Source: Eukaryota sp. TZLM1-RC
Lineage: Eukaryota > Protista > Metamonada: BaSk clade
DNA: 64,000 bases
Reading direction: 5' to 3'
NCBI GenBank assembly: GCA_040285825.1
Contig: JAUPSS010000004.1
Coordinates: 4,493,784-4,557,783, forward strand
This document shows positions 23,308 through 35,209 of the stretch, one piece after another. Below the pieces are notes generated by a model, which was not told the DNA's origin, ran no database searches, and worked only from the letters and a program-made list of their open reading frames with translations. Positions within the stretch are counted from its first letter, which is position 1. Each line of letters opens with the position of its first letter. Position numbers and translations under genes: made by a program.

Positions 23308-26300
23308 GGTGGCCATTTTAGAGGACATAAAGGCAGAGGTCAATATAGACCTATTTATTACATAAACACACAAGAGGATACATCATCAACATCATCCCCT
23401 TCTGAGAACGTGTCAGCTAGTTCGAGCATGACCTCTCACAGACGGATTGACCGTTTCAGCAACAGGGTCAGAAACACTGGAAACTTTCCCAATCGGAAAC
23501 AAATCAACGCAATCAATCATAATCAATCAATTGCCGATTTCGGAAACCCAGTCAACAACTCCCCAACAGCTCAACAATTCTTACTAAATCCTCTACAATT
23601 CCACAAACCCAGCTCTGATATCAACAGTATTTTTGGAATAAATTCTACGGTTAGTGAGAACCACATCAGATCCCAGCGTTCTCCATTTCTAAGATTGGAG
23701 ATTTTAATAAATAATATAAAGATGATTGCAACTATTGATTCGGCAGCGTTTTGTTCGGTTATAACAGAAGATTTGGCTAACAAATGCAACATGTCAATTA
23801 ATAGAGATGATACAATTGAGTTCTTACCAGCCAATAACGTATCAAGTAAATCGCTAGGGAGTGCAAATGGTATTCTGTCGTTCAACGTAGGAAGCATTGC
23901 GCACCAGGTACATTATAGACATACTCTTCCCATAATCCCGGGTTCGAACAAATTATTAATAGGGATAGACATGTTAAAAACACTTGGGCTTCAGACGGAT
24001 GATGGTCTTTTCCTTAGATTAGACAAAGAACACCGCACTTTGTTAAATGCAGAATCTGAATTCGACTCAAGAATCGCTCAACATTCGATTGGGACCTTAG
24101 ATAACCAATCATCGAGTCCTTCCGATTTTGAGGAGCAGTTAACTAGATCTGGTTGTGAGATAAAATTAGATGATGATAATAATAAATTAAAATTAACGAG
24201 TCTACTAAGAATTTTCAGCGATGTTTTTAGTGAAACTCCAAACAGAAAAGGAATCGATTGTAAACCTCTAACAATCCCCTTTAGAGACGAGAATGCTATA
24301 GTACATAAACCTGCTAGACGATTAAATCCCAGCAAAATGGAAATAGCAAACAAAATATTTGATGAACTGATTGAAATGGGCTATGCAGTTGAATCTAATT
24401 ATAAATTCAGCTCTCCTATTGTCTTAGTTATATATCCTGATGGCAAGAAACCCAGGCTAACTGGAGACTTTAGCGGTAAAGATGGTGTTAATGCCCACAC
24501 GATTTCAGTAGAGCCTAATCTACCTAGGATTAGTGATATTTTAGAGTTTTTAAGTAGAGCAGATTACATAGCCACGCTTGATTTACCAAAAGCTTTCTGG
24601 CAAATGAATGTAGCTGAGAAGGACATTGAGAAAACATCAATCTCAATCCCTGGAAGGTCAATTATGTTTAAAAGAGCTTGCTTCGGATTAAAGAACATTC
24701 CAGCAGTATTTCAAAATGTAATGATGGAAATATTCCAAATTGATGGCGTTTTCATATATATCGATGATATCATAATAGTTGGAACGACTTTCGATGAATT
24801 CTATAAGAGATTACAAAGAGTCCTCCAATGCGCCAGAAATAGACGTGTAAATATAGGTTTACGTAAATGTAAATTCGTAACATCCAAACACCCTATTGAT
24901 ATTTTAGGAAGCACCTTCCATGGTAAAACCAGATTTATTAGTAAGAAAAAAATCGAAGCCTTGATGAGAATCCCTAGACCAAAATCAGTGAAAGAAGTTC
25001 GCTCATTGGTAGGATCCATCAATTATATAAGAGATTGGCTTCCAGGTATTTCCGAATTAATAGCTCCAATTAATGAGTTAATTAAAGGAAAACCTAGAGT
25101 AATAAAATGGACCAACGAGCATGACGATTATCTTAAACAAATAAAAGATTTAATAATTAATCACATGCCCCTTGAATTACCAGCTCCGGGCAAGCGCGTA
25201 CTAATAAGTACCGACGCATCAGATGTAGCAGTTGGAGGCGTTATTTGGCAAGAAATTGAACCATACTCCCCTGCAGGAACCCCACTGAATAAAAGAAACG
25301 TGAAACCTTTGTCGTTCTATAGTAGATTACTTACAGAAACACAAAGGAAATGGTCCACTTTACAGAAAGAATTATATGCAATTCTTCTGATTTTAACTGA
25401 AAGTTGTTTAGAAAGCTACCTTTTGACTAGACATCTAACAATTTTCACCGATCACAAAAACATTGCATTCCTGGCCACAGCCCCAGAGAAAAATAGAATT
25501 TGTAAAGAGATGGCTGCCGATACTATCTGAATTCGACTTTGATATAGTCCATGAACCAGGTGAAGATAACCACTGGGCAGATATGCTATCGAGGAATATT
25601 GATTTAGATCAAAATGAGGAAACTCCTTCTATATGTAGTATAAATATACCAGATACTTTACTTTCGAATTACGAGATACCTCCTATAGACGATGATTCTG
25701 ATTCGGACTTCGAAGACATCCCATCAATTTCATCCCTAAGTAGACACCAGGACCTACCTATTTTTTCTTCTTGGTTCTCTAAAATAAGATCTGATCAACA
25801 AATAGCCAAAAATAATAATGACCCTCTATTTGAGAATGCAATTCTAGATGAAAATACTCAAATTTGGAAAAACAATAAAAATAAAATTTTAATTCCAAAA
25901 AGCCTCAGAAAACAGGCACTATTATTAATTCATGGATTGGTTCAATCAGGCCACCCCAGCAAAAACGACAGTCTACATAAACTGTCCAAAAGCGACTTTT
26001 TCTGGCCTAATATGAGAAAGGACCTCATAAACCACATCAAAAGATGCCCAACTTGTCAAAAAACGGCACCAGTTAAAAGAACAAAAACACCTTCCACAGG
26101 TTCCCTTTGGGCAGATCGTCCTTTTGCCAGACTAAATGTTGACACAATTGGACCTCTGAATACTGATAGTGATGGTAATAAATACTTATTAGTATTTGTA
26201 GATTCTTTTACTGGATATTCAATTTTAGTCCCTCTGAAGGAACTCAATGCCTTAGAGACCGCAGACGCTTTGATTTGGAACGTTTGCGCAATTTTTGGCA

Positions 26301-27256
26301 TACCTATGTTAATTCATAGTGATAATGGTCCTGAGTTCGCCAATGAGACTTTTAAGATAGTGTGTAATAGACTAGCTATTGAGATGAGTAACTCAATACC
26401 CCACTACTCTGAAAGTAATGGACTCGTAGAGCGAAAACATAGAGACGTTCTACAATGCTTGAGGAAATTATTAATAGATTTTAATGATTATGGAAATTGG
26501 TCTACTTATGTACCCATATCCCAACTATTAATAAATTCCACTAAAAGCAGAAAGACAGGTTTTACACCTTACGAACTAATGTTTGGATCTTCGATTAGTC
26601 CAAGATCGGACCCTGCAAACATATTAGGAAACTTATCAAAATTTGATTCCAATATACCTTTATTAGACGATACTAAAATGAAAAATACTCGTCTGCAAGA
26701 AAAAAGGGAAGAAGCAGAGCGTCATCAATCATTAAATACTCCGATTTCAGTAGACAATACTAATTCGCGTTCTATAGTATTTAATATTGGTGACTATGTC
26801 CTACGTAAAACCAAACAGAATAATAAATTACATGGATCTTGGAACGGACCCTTTTTAGTAATAGACCATCCTTCCAACTCCACTTTATTATTGAAGAATC
26901 TTATCACTGGCAGTGAATTAAAGGCTGCTAAGAAAGATTGCAAAATCTATAACGCAGATAATCCTCAGGATATCGAATTTCTAAAGGCAGTCGCAGCAGG
27001 CGATGCTGAGAAACATGTTATAGAGAAAATCCTCTCAGAATATAATTCTGACTCAGGTAGTTTCTGTACTGTTCAATGGTTTGGCGGTGAGACAACAGAA
27101 GAGCCTCTCCATTCAGTTAAACATTCAGAAGCTTACAAGTTATTCAGTAGGAATAACAAGAAAGTTGGAAAACGTACTACTAGTCAACATAAAAGTACCT
27201 CCAATAACTCTACGCCTTACAAGAGGCCTAGACGCAGTACTAGAATTAGGAAGTGA
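23308..27256 (+). CDS. pol: Pol of family B: protease, RT, RNase H, integrase, chromodomain-like tail (1-nt frameshift near 25500)
   Basis: IDSAA protease; LDLPKAFWQ, FGLKN, YIDD RT; TDASD/ELYA/TDHKN RNase H; HHCC, DTIGP, SDNG, VERKH integrase; WNGPF motif; HVIEKIL...TVQWFG...TEEP chromodomain-like end. Confidence 0.92.
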
Positions 27257-27819
27257 TGCTAATTCTTAGTTTAGATTAGTTTAGATTATTTGTAGTTATT
27301 TAGTTATTTGTTTATAGTTTAGATTCATATTTATATAAGCCTATTATCTTTGAAAAAGGGGAAGAAGCAGTGTTGGCGCCCTAAGGCTTTTATAATATGA
27401 ATAGAAAATAAATCAACTTTTCCTCATTCACTTTTCCTCATTATCATTATCTCAACCACTTTTGCAACCTAAGGCAACATAAATACAATCACGAACAGCA
27501 TTGTGGATAATTGATCTTTTTTGAGTGAATTTGCAGCAGGAAATAACATAATCAAGTAGTGTCGTTTAGAAAAGGTATCATGGAATCGAAAAATGGATTC
27601 GTTGATGATTATGCAGGGTTTATGTTGGATTAAGAACAACAGTAAACAAAGTAACAAACCTCAGAGACCTGAAGGTAGCGTCTTTTGTTGTTAAAGTACG
27701 GGCTTTACGATTAAAAATATCAGAGGAGCAAGGACCGTATCTTTGCATTGTAGTACAATAATAGTGGAGGTGTAGTTTCTACTCGTAACCTCGTATTTGG
27801 TCGACTTTTCTCGTGCTTG

Positions 27820-28647
27820 GCTCCATAAGGAAGGGAGCTGTTCGAATGGATAAAAGTCCATTGATTCGAGGTAAGGCTCCGTGTCCTTGTTAGGAGTTTG
27901 TAGAATCCATCACTGGAGTCATCTTCCTGTCTTCGGAATTTGCTTCCATGAAGGAGGGAGCTGCTCAAACAAACAGTAATCTGTAGGTTCGAGGTGAGCC
28001 TCCGCATCCTTCATGATATGTTGGCGAAGTTCTTTCTCTTCGTCATCCAGTTCGTCTAAAACGAACTGAAGTTCTTCATATCCTTGAAGGACTGTCGAAG
28101 TTTCAGAACTTGAACCAACATTTGCGTTTTTTGGTGAGGAGGGGGGTGGTGGGGGTGGTCCCGTTCCTGAACCCTTTTGTGGCATTAAGTTGGACTTGGA
28201 AGAGGCGGGAGGAGGTTCCGTGCCTGATTCCATTATTTTGGACTTGGAAGAGGCGGGAGGTGGTTCCGTGCCTGTTTCCATCGGTTTTCCTTGAGGAGGG
28301 GCGGAGGTGGGTCTCGAGCCCAAGTCCTCGACTTTACTTATCTCTACTACTTCTCCTACTACTACTACTACTGTTTGTATGCCAATTGCATTCCTGTTAT
28401 GTTTCTGCATGTTAGTTTTAACGGTGTCAGTGTTTTGGCTGAAAAGGACTGACATGATATCTGCTAAAGATATCCTCTGTAGAAAAGCTGTGTGTTATCA
28501 AAGTGGTATACCTATAACCTAAATGGCCAATAATTATTGTTGCCTTTAGGTTGCAAAAGTGGTTGAGATAAAGATAATGAGGAAAAATGAATGAGGAAAA
28601 GTTGATTTATTTTCTAATCATAACATATAAGCCTTAGGGCGCCAACA
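27820..28647 (-). mobile_element. Inverted, 3'-truncated copy of family B (5' LTR 28538-28647 plus start of gag)
   Basis: The 110-bp LTR matches 27371-27479. ORF 27919-28455 aligns with the N-terminus of 20549-21997 (GTEPPPASSKSK, KDAEAHLEPTDYCLFEQLP). Confidence 0.9.
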
Positions 28648-28655
28648 TTGACGAT

Positions 28656-29171
28656 TTGCTAAAATGTGCTCATCACCCTGTCGGTTTAAAACCACTGTTT
28701 AATGAATTAAATTTCAGTTTGAGCCAAAAACGAGGTGACATTCAATGTGCTTGGTACGATGGAACCGAACTAATAATCAATTATACCACCATATCTCCGT
28801 GGAAAAAGAGTTTTAATTCTGACATTCAACATTTACTTAAAGTTGCAGAACATTCCAAGAAATCAAAATACGAAGTTCTTCTTCACCGTCTCAATCGAAC
28901 AAGAGGTAGAAACATCATATTTGTTCCAATTGCTTTATCAATTTTTGGTACCATTGGAAGTGAAGGTTTTCATTTTTTGGATGATTTAGAGAAAATTGTC
29001 AAAGAAAGTGGTCGCACATTTGATTTTCTGATTTGGAAGAACAGAATCGTATTTTCGTTATTTAAAGCTCTTCCTCGTTATATTAACTCCGTTTTGAATA
29101 ACATTACCGAATTTTATAACAATCGAGTTGCTATACAAGTGAATAGCGAAAATCTCCCGTCATTTAGTTGA
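28656..29171 (+). pseudogene. Non-LTR retrotransposon RLE-domain fragment
   Basis: KRGDI...AEHSKKSKY...FVPIALSIFG...IWKNRIVFSLFK pattern shared with the other RLE fragments in the window. Confidence 0.7.
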
Positions 29172-29260
29172 TGGGGTTCGTAGTAGAAAAAATATTAGTT
29201 GAGGTTTGTTGTTGAGTTGTAAAATGTGACTGTTCCAGGAATAAAATAGATATTTTTCTT

Positions 29261-29807
29261 GGGTGATGTTATACGTGTGCAAATTTGTGTTATCCGTGTG
29301 CACTTGTTATCCGTGTGCAAATTTGTGTTATCCGTGTGCACTTGTTATCCGTGTGCAAATTTGTGTTATCCGTGTGCATCCTTAAAGAGAACGAACTGAC
29401 TATTACTTTTTTGCTTTATCAACGTACGTTGAAATATTTGGAGTAAGCCCTACTGCCATTATTACAGATCGTGAACTGGCGCTAATGAACTCCATTAAAA
29501 TGCTCTTTCCTCAAAGCTTAAACATCTTATGCATGTGGCACATCAACCGAAACATCCAAGTTTTCAAATCTGCAACAAGAGAAGATTTATGGGATGAATT
29601 TTGGAGAGACTATCAGCATTTCATTAAGTTTAAGATTGATGAAGTAACTCATTTGGGCAATTATACGACAGAGAAGGTCACTATCGTTCTACATGTCCTA
29701 ATAGATAGATGCAATAAAGGAAGATATAATTTTTGTAAGTTTGGAGAGGTGAAGTCGAAAGTTTATGCACACAGATAACACAAATTTGCACACGTATAAC
29801 ATTTTCG
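29261..29807 (+). mobile_element. Non-autonomous MULE (Mutator-like) element with TIRs and 9-bp TSD
   Basis: TSD ATTTTTCTT at 29252-29260 and 29808-29816. TIR core tgttatacgtgtgcaaatttgtgttatc at both ends. Internal IITDRELALMNSIKMLFP...LCMWHINRN is a typical MULE transposase segment. Confidence 0.9.
29267..29379. repeat. Three ~38-bp units (six tgttatccgtgtgca-type motifs) in the left MULE end
   Basis: Alternating 21-bp and 17-bp subunits read directly from the sequence. Confidence 0.9.
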
Positions 29808-29838
29808 ATTTTTCTTGTTGTACATAACATTTGTAACA

Positions 29839-30816
29839 ATGACGTCTGTTGTTCCAACAAATCCTGCAGCAGACGAAGCACGGAGACTACTAAAGGAACA
29901 GTATCAACAGCGACGGTCACCTCAAGAGAAACTCGCCTCTTTCCGGGAATCTCGGTCACGGCTGCAGAACCAGCAATCCCAGCCAGATCTTCACCCAACT
30001 ACAACCACAACAGACACTTCAACCCCATCCAGCAAATCTTTACTTGGATCAAGGGGTCTGAAGCTGTTACAAAAACGAAAAGAACTTCTCAATAATCGTA
30101 AAAAGAACCGTATAGTAGTTGAATCAAAACCTACTGATTCGGAGGACCACGTCATCTCTAGTGAACCTCCAACTGCCACAACTTCCCATCAGTTGTCTTC
30201 AGTGTTTTCCCCTGAACAAGAACTTCCCTCTCAAATAGAGGAGACACCTCTTGAGAAGATTGAGAAGGAAGAAGAAAGAGAAACAACTTCTCCGGTTCAA
30301 GTAGTTTGTAACTGTAATCATGAAGTCTTTGAAGAAAAATTATCAGAATTTAATAAGAAATTGGAAGATGTATTTGAAGAGTTTAGGAGTTCTTTGAACA
30401 ATGTTTGTGTACAGCAGGAATTAATTGAAGGTAAAAACAGAGAGTTTGATTTAAAAATAAGTGAAATATTCGATCATATATCGAGATTTGAATCAGAAAT
30501 TCAATCAATCACATCATCAATGACCGATAATCAATCAAATCTACTTTCTCAGTTAAAAAACCTCGAGGCAAATCACCAAATGTTGGAATCTTTATGGAGA
30601 AGTTCTACTGATTCTTTCAAGAACAGACTTGCACATCTCGAGGATTTGGTTGATAAGAGTCATTCGAAAATGTTCAATAATCTATTTTGGCTGATGGTGA
30701 ATTATTTTATCTCAGGACTGTCTACAATTTTAGTTCCAGTTACTAGTATCACTTATTCTGCACTAGGAGTAATGAACAAGACTTTTTCTTTTCTAAAACG
30801 CAAAAAAGAAGAATAG
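29839..30816 (+). CDS. Hypothetical coiled-coil protein with C-terminal hydrophobic segment
   Basis: ATG at 29839. E/K/S-rich heptad region followed by LFWLMVNYFISGLSTILVPV and a basic tail. Confidence 0.75.
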   Translation: MTSVVPTNPAADEARRLLKEQYQQRRSPQEKLASFRESRSRLQNQQSQPDLHPTTTTTDTSTPSSKSLLGSRGLKLLQKRKELLNNRKKNRIVVESKPTDSEDHVISSEPPTATTSHQLSSVFSPEQELPSQIEETPLEKIEKEEERETTSPVQVVCNCNHEVFEEKLSEFNKKLEDVFEEFRSSLNNVCVQQELIEGKNREFDLKISEIFDHISRFESEIQSITSSMTDNQSNLLSQLKNLEANHQMLESLWRSSTDSFKNRLAHLEDLVDKSHSKMFNNLFWLMVNYFISGLSTILVPVTSITYSALGVMNKTFSFLKRKKEE

Positions 30817-30896
30817 AAGCTTTAAAAAAATCAGATGATGTATATAAAATTGTAATCACAATTATTTTATTAAAAAAAGTATAAACTTCAAAAAAC

Positions 30897-32363
30897 CTAA
30901 TCTTCGTCAGAAAATTCTTCACTAGAGTAATCTGGAACCAAGTCGAGAATTTCTTGAGGTAAATCTATTCTTTCCTCCAAATAATTAATAATCTCAATCA
31001 TTGCTGCTTGTGCATCTTGCATTTCAATAGTGTGCAATTGTTTCAAAATTGCAAACATTGCCTTCTTCAATGATGATACCACACTCTTTTGGCCAGCCAG
31101 CATGTTTGCAATCATAATAGCAAAGAAATCAAATGTACCAAAAGTGGATGTAATTGCTTTCAAATCTCCAGCAAGAGTGTTGATAAACTCCACTAGGGAC
31201 TTCAACTCCAATTTCCTATGAGAAAGACCTGAAGCAATAGAAGCCTTTATCAAAGCTCTTATGCACGGGTCCACACCAACATTACTGATTATCCTGTCAG
31301 TAAAGACTTTAAACTCCAGGAGATCTAGTCCTTCGACAGTGAAAGCAAGTAGACCTCGTGCGTATTCACAATGAAGAGAGGTGTCATCAGTTGAAGTGAA
31401 AAACTCGTTGATGGCATCTGCATGAAATCCTCGGGGAAGGGAATCATAAAGGGTTGTGATAAGAGTCAAACTGTCTGGTAAAACAGAATCGTCTTCAGCA
31501 AGTCGTTCGTATAGTTGTGGGCTCTTGAACAAGCTGACAATGAACTTGCCGGCGTTTGAATGCTTACTGAACTGGGGTTCCACTTCTCTAAACACATGAA
31601 TAAATGAAAGCAAGGCAGGTCTGTTGAAGGTTTCCAGGGCTTCCAAGGCAAGCTTAACTGTCTCATCAATAATGCCATAAACGATTTCTTCACTGGCTGA
31701 AACACTGTCACAAAACGCTGTGGTGAGCTCATCAACGAGTTCGACAGCAGTAATGTCAAGGGACATGATCTGAGGTAAAACCAACTCAAACCATGGCTTT
31801 ATCATGCTTGCTTGACTATCAGAAGGGATGAGATGTACTCTAACGGCTTCAACAACAGACACCAGAGCATCCTTTTGGTAAGCTGAAAGATCGGAGAACT
31901 TCTCCATCATTTTTGTAATCTTTTCAGGTAGATCCGTCACATCTACCAAGGAGTAGGTTCCATTATCTACGATTCTAGATTCAATAACAAACATGGGGAA
32001 CAATGAAGGATTCTCGGGGTTGACGGCCTTGACATCTTCTTCCAGAGTCCGTACTTCTTCATCGTGTATATTGATGTACTCGACAGCAGCAGCATAAAAC
32101 ACTGCAAGTGTACGATAAACCTCTTTTTCTTCGTGTTTCATGGATTCAATTATTGGTGGAATTGATTCAGATATTTGTTTTGCCTCATCAATTGACTTGA
32201 AGATAGAGCGCAGGATCGAATCTTCATCAGCTCCACTGTCTTCTGCATTTGCAATAAGAGCTTCGATGGATCCAACAGCAGTATCGATTTCGGCCGGGAT
32301 TTGAGTATGTGTAGGGTCAGATTTGAGGGTATCGATGTATTGAATTACACTGGTCAGGTCCAT
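30897..32363 (-). CDS. Hypothetical acidic alpha-helical (ARM/HEAT-like) protein
   Basis: 488-aa ORF from the first ATG at 32363, with helical amphipathic composition and an acidic tail. Confidence 0.75.
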   Translation of the reverse strand: MDLTSVIQYIDTLKSDPTHTQIPAEIDTAVGSIEALIANAEDSGADEDSILRSIFKSIDEAKQISESIPPIIESMKHEEKEVYRTLAVFYAAAVEYINIHDEEVRTLEEDVKAVNPENPSLFPMFVIESRIVDNGTYSLVDVTDLPEKITKMMEKFSDLSAYQKDALVSVVEAVRVHLIPSDSQASMIKPWFELVLPQIMSLDITAVELVDELTTAFCDSVSASEEIVYGIIDETVKLALEALETFNRPALLSFIHVFREVEPQFSKHSNAGKFIVSLFKSPQLYERLAEDDSVLPDSLTLITTLYDSLPRGFHADAINEFFTSTDDTSLHCEYARGLLAFTVEGLDLLEFKVFTDRIISNVGVDPCIRALIKASIASGLSHRKLELKSLVEFINTLAGDLKAITSTFGTFDFFAIMIANMLAGQKSVVSSLKKAMFAILKQLHTIEMQDAQAAMIEIINYLEERIDLPQEILDLVPDYSSEEFSDED

Positions 32364-32762
32364 TTTAAGTGTTGTTGGAGTTGGAAGCAAATGAAAGAAA
32401 TTACACCTTTTTGCATTCACAAATGAAAAAATATTCGTTTTTTCCAAAAAAAAACGTACTTTTGTTGATTTGGGGTAATTTCAAGTTACAGACTATCACC
32501 AATTCACTACACTAAGCTTGAACGTATATTGAAGTTTTAGAAAACATGGACCAAACAATGCAATATCCAAATGCATGTCAATTCAGTTGTTCTCTTCAGT
32601 TTAGCTCATGCTGTCACAGATTGATGTCAAATCAAATCCATATTTCAAACAAATCATTCAACATGATCTTTATTTCTCTATGAGAATAATTGCAGTGTGT
32701 TAAGTACTAAATTCGCACGCAATACCCATTAACCAAAAATTTGTGTGTTTTTATTGTATACA

Positions 32763-34244
32763 TTAAAAAGAATTCTGCCGTTCATAAATAATTAACTTTG
32801 GAGTTAAACGTATTTGAAAGAAAGGAAATTGCCTAATAAAAGAGTACCCATCAAATGAAAAAATAGTATCCACAACCCTAAATTCAGAAAGATCTTTGAA
32901 TTCGGCCACTTCAATAATCAAATACTGGAATTGATTAATATCTTCTTCTGTTATTTCCTCCTTATAGTAATCAATACCCCTCAAAAAAGTGTTCCATCTC
33001 GACACCCCTGTTTGAGTTGCAAGATTGGTAATGTAAAGCTTGCCCTCAGACTCGCTGAATTTACTATTAAATGATTTAATGGCTTTGTAACCAGGATAAT
33101 TCAACATTGACACATAACAACAAAGAAGGGAGAGAGAAAAACAAGCAAAGAAAAACAAAGAAAATGTAAAAATTTTGATCCTTCGTAAATTTATGAATGT
33201 GTATGATTTAAAAAGCAAGTCAACAATTAGTTGAAAAGATCTGGCAATAACAATATTAAAAACAGGAACAATATAGAAAATGAAACGAACTTCCTTATGT
33301 GAATTAAAAGAATAAAAAATAATAAATAAAATAGAGGACACAAATAATCTAATTAAAACAGGATTAAAATATCGAATAAATATAGGAGAAAAAACTAAAA
33401 TTAAAATCCAAAAACTAAACAATTTAGGAATAGCGACTGTAAAATACCAGTGAAAAGGTGACGTTCCCCACTCTATGGACTTCCCTTGAATTGCGTTGAA
33501 AATGAACCCACCAAATTCTGGCCATATTAATACATTTTGATAATGAACATCCAGCCAGAATCTACTATCAATCAAAATAGAAAACGTTATAGCAATGATA
33601 GAAGTTAATGCTGCAGAAAATGTAATAAGAACAAGATTTGATCGATGTTTAGGATATAATAAAATAAAAAACACATAAAGAAACCCTGAAATAATTAAAG
33701 CTTCTGATCTCAAAACAAAAGTAATTATTCCTAATAAAGAAAAAGAAATCTCTAATTTTTCCTTAAGAAAATAGATTAACGCAAAATTAAATAAAATATT
33801 GGCTGGGATATTGGGTAACATTCGGGAAGAGTAGAAATTCAAATGAAACTGAGAAACACTTATTAATAGAAAAAGGTTAGCAGTACCAACCCCAAAGCAA
33901 AGGCTTACTTGTTTAGCAAGCGACAAAAGAGAAAATGTGTAGATGGTGGCCTGAACGAGTCTGGGGATGAGGATAAGGTAGGGTTTTGGAACAGAGAAGT
34001 GCTGTGCTACAGCTACAAAAGGTGCTGACAGGGTAGCGTAAGTGAGAGATGGTAGAAAGGTCCTAGGAACAGGCCCTGGAAAAGATAGGTGATCATATGA
34101 ACTGATATTAGATCGAAGAAAGAGTATGTCATGTATAGCTTGCGTAGTCAGAGATTCTTCTACCTTAGTTCCAGGTGCAAGAACAGTGTATGACACAATG
34201 ATAATGAACAGAAGCAGTGTTGATGCATATAAAGAGCGTGACAT
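32763..34244 (-). CDS. ALG12: Dol-P-Man alpha-1,6-mannosyltransferase (GT22)
   Basis: TKVEES..QAIHD, YDH.SFPGPVPRTF, FYSSRMLPN, WGTSPFHWYF, HKEVRFIFY and NYPG. Confidence 0.92.
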   Translation of the reverse strand: MSRSLYASTLLLFIIIVSYTVLAPGTKVEESLTTQAIHDILFLRSNISSYDHLSFPGPVPRTFLPSLTYATLSAPFVAVAQHFSVPKPYLILIPRLVQATIYTFSLLSLAKQVSLCFGVGTANLFLLISVSQFHLNFYSSRMLPNIPANILFNFALIYFLKEKLEISFSLLGIITFVLRSEALIISGFLYVFFILLYPKHRSNLVLITFSAALTSIIAITFSILIDSRFWLDVHYQNVLIWPEFGGFIFNAIQGKSIEWGTSPFHWYFTVAIPKLFSFWILILVFSPIFIRYFNPVLIRLFVSSILFIIFYSFNSHKEVRFIFYIVPVFNIVIARSFQLIVDLLFKSYTFINLRRIKIFTFSLFFFACFSLSLLCCYVSMLNYPGYKAIKSFNSKFSESEGKLYITNLATQTGVSRWNTFLRGIDYYKEEITEEDINQFQYLIIEVAEFKDLSEFRVVDTIFSFDGYSFIRQFPFFQIRLTPKLIIYERQNSF

Positions 34245-35209
34245 AAACTGAGAATGACGAAGAGTTTAGTTGAAGTATGGGAAAATTGGGATGTTAGTTT
34301 GTGTTATCAGGTGTCAATCTCTAAAGTTTAGACTTGCTTTTAACCTAATTTTGTGTAGTTGAAAGGAAGGTAATGAACAAGTTTGACCAATGTTGGGTCA
34401 TCAAAAAAGCAATCTTCTTATTGGAAGCAATTGGGACACCCTTTTTCAAAATATTAGTTTGGTTGAATTTTAGGTTGAATACAAATCCCTTTTTTTCCCT
34501 TCCCTCCCTAATCCCTTTTTTGTGTTTCTGACCTATTGAGATAAACACTTGCTCAAAACTCTGGTCTTGATGCTGAAGAGACTATTATCAACTTGCAAGA
34601 AGAAGCCGAAGAGGTTGTTATTTCTTCTCAATTATTGTTGTGTGATGAAATTATAGCTGCTGGTTTGTTACCATATGATCATTCTGTTAACTTTAGGAAG
34701 AAGCTTGTCCATGAAAGCTCAACAACAAGGATAGTTGGATTTGTATTGCATAGAAATAAATATGGCTTAATTATTTGATTTTAATGTTTTAGCATTGACA
34801 TGCTGTCACAACAGTGTAAATATGTGAATCTTTTGTTGGCTGTTTTAATGTTTTTTCATTAATAGAGGATTTATAATTGCTGTTCATAAAAGGATGGTTG
34901 TGTGTTCATCAAAACAACTGAAGCTTCATGATAACATACATACAGAAATCTTTTCACTGTTTCGCAGAACTCAATTATTATTAACAAACTTCAATCATTA
35001 TTGATAGTATCATTTCTGTGGAATTGTCCCGGATACATCACAATTGAAGCAAGTAGCTAATCAATAATAACATGAAATCTCAGTAGATGATGAACACTAA
35101 CTACCTTTATGCCACTTGACAAACCTTATCCACACGTGTCGTATAGCATTTCGACTTTTGGTTTTCTCCAGGGTTCATTTAGGATAGATAAATTGATTGA
35201 ATTTCTAAA

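Larger units (their letters stand above)
20385..27479 (+). mobile_element. Nearly intact Ty3/Gypsy LTR retrotransposon (family B) with chromodomain-like integrase tail
   Basis: LTRs TGTTGGCGCC...GGCAACA at 20385-20465 (81 bp) and 27371-27479 (109 bp). PPT gaaaaaggggaagaagcag at 27352-27370. Flanks TAGA/TAAA. Domain order gag-PR-RT-RH-IN. Confidence 0.95.

Noticed and set aside
29267-29379. Short direct-repeat array resembling a CRISPR or iteron array
   Set aside because: The intervening bases are only 2-6 nt and themselves repeat, so there are no unique spacers. The array is part of a MULE end with a TSD.
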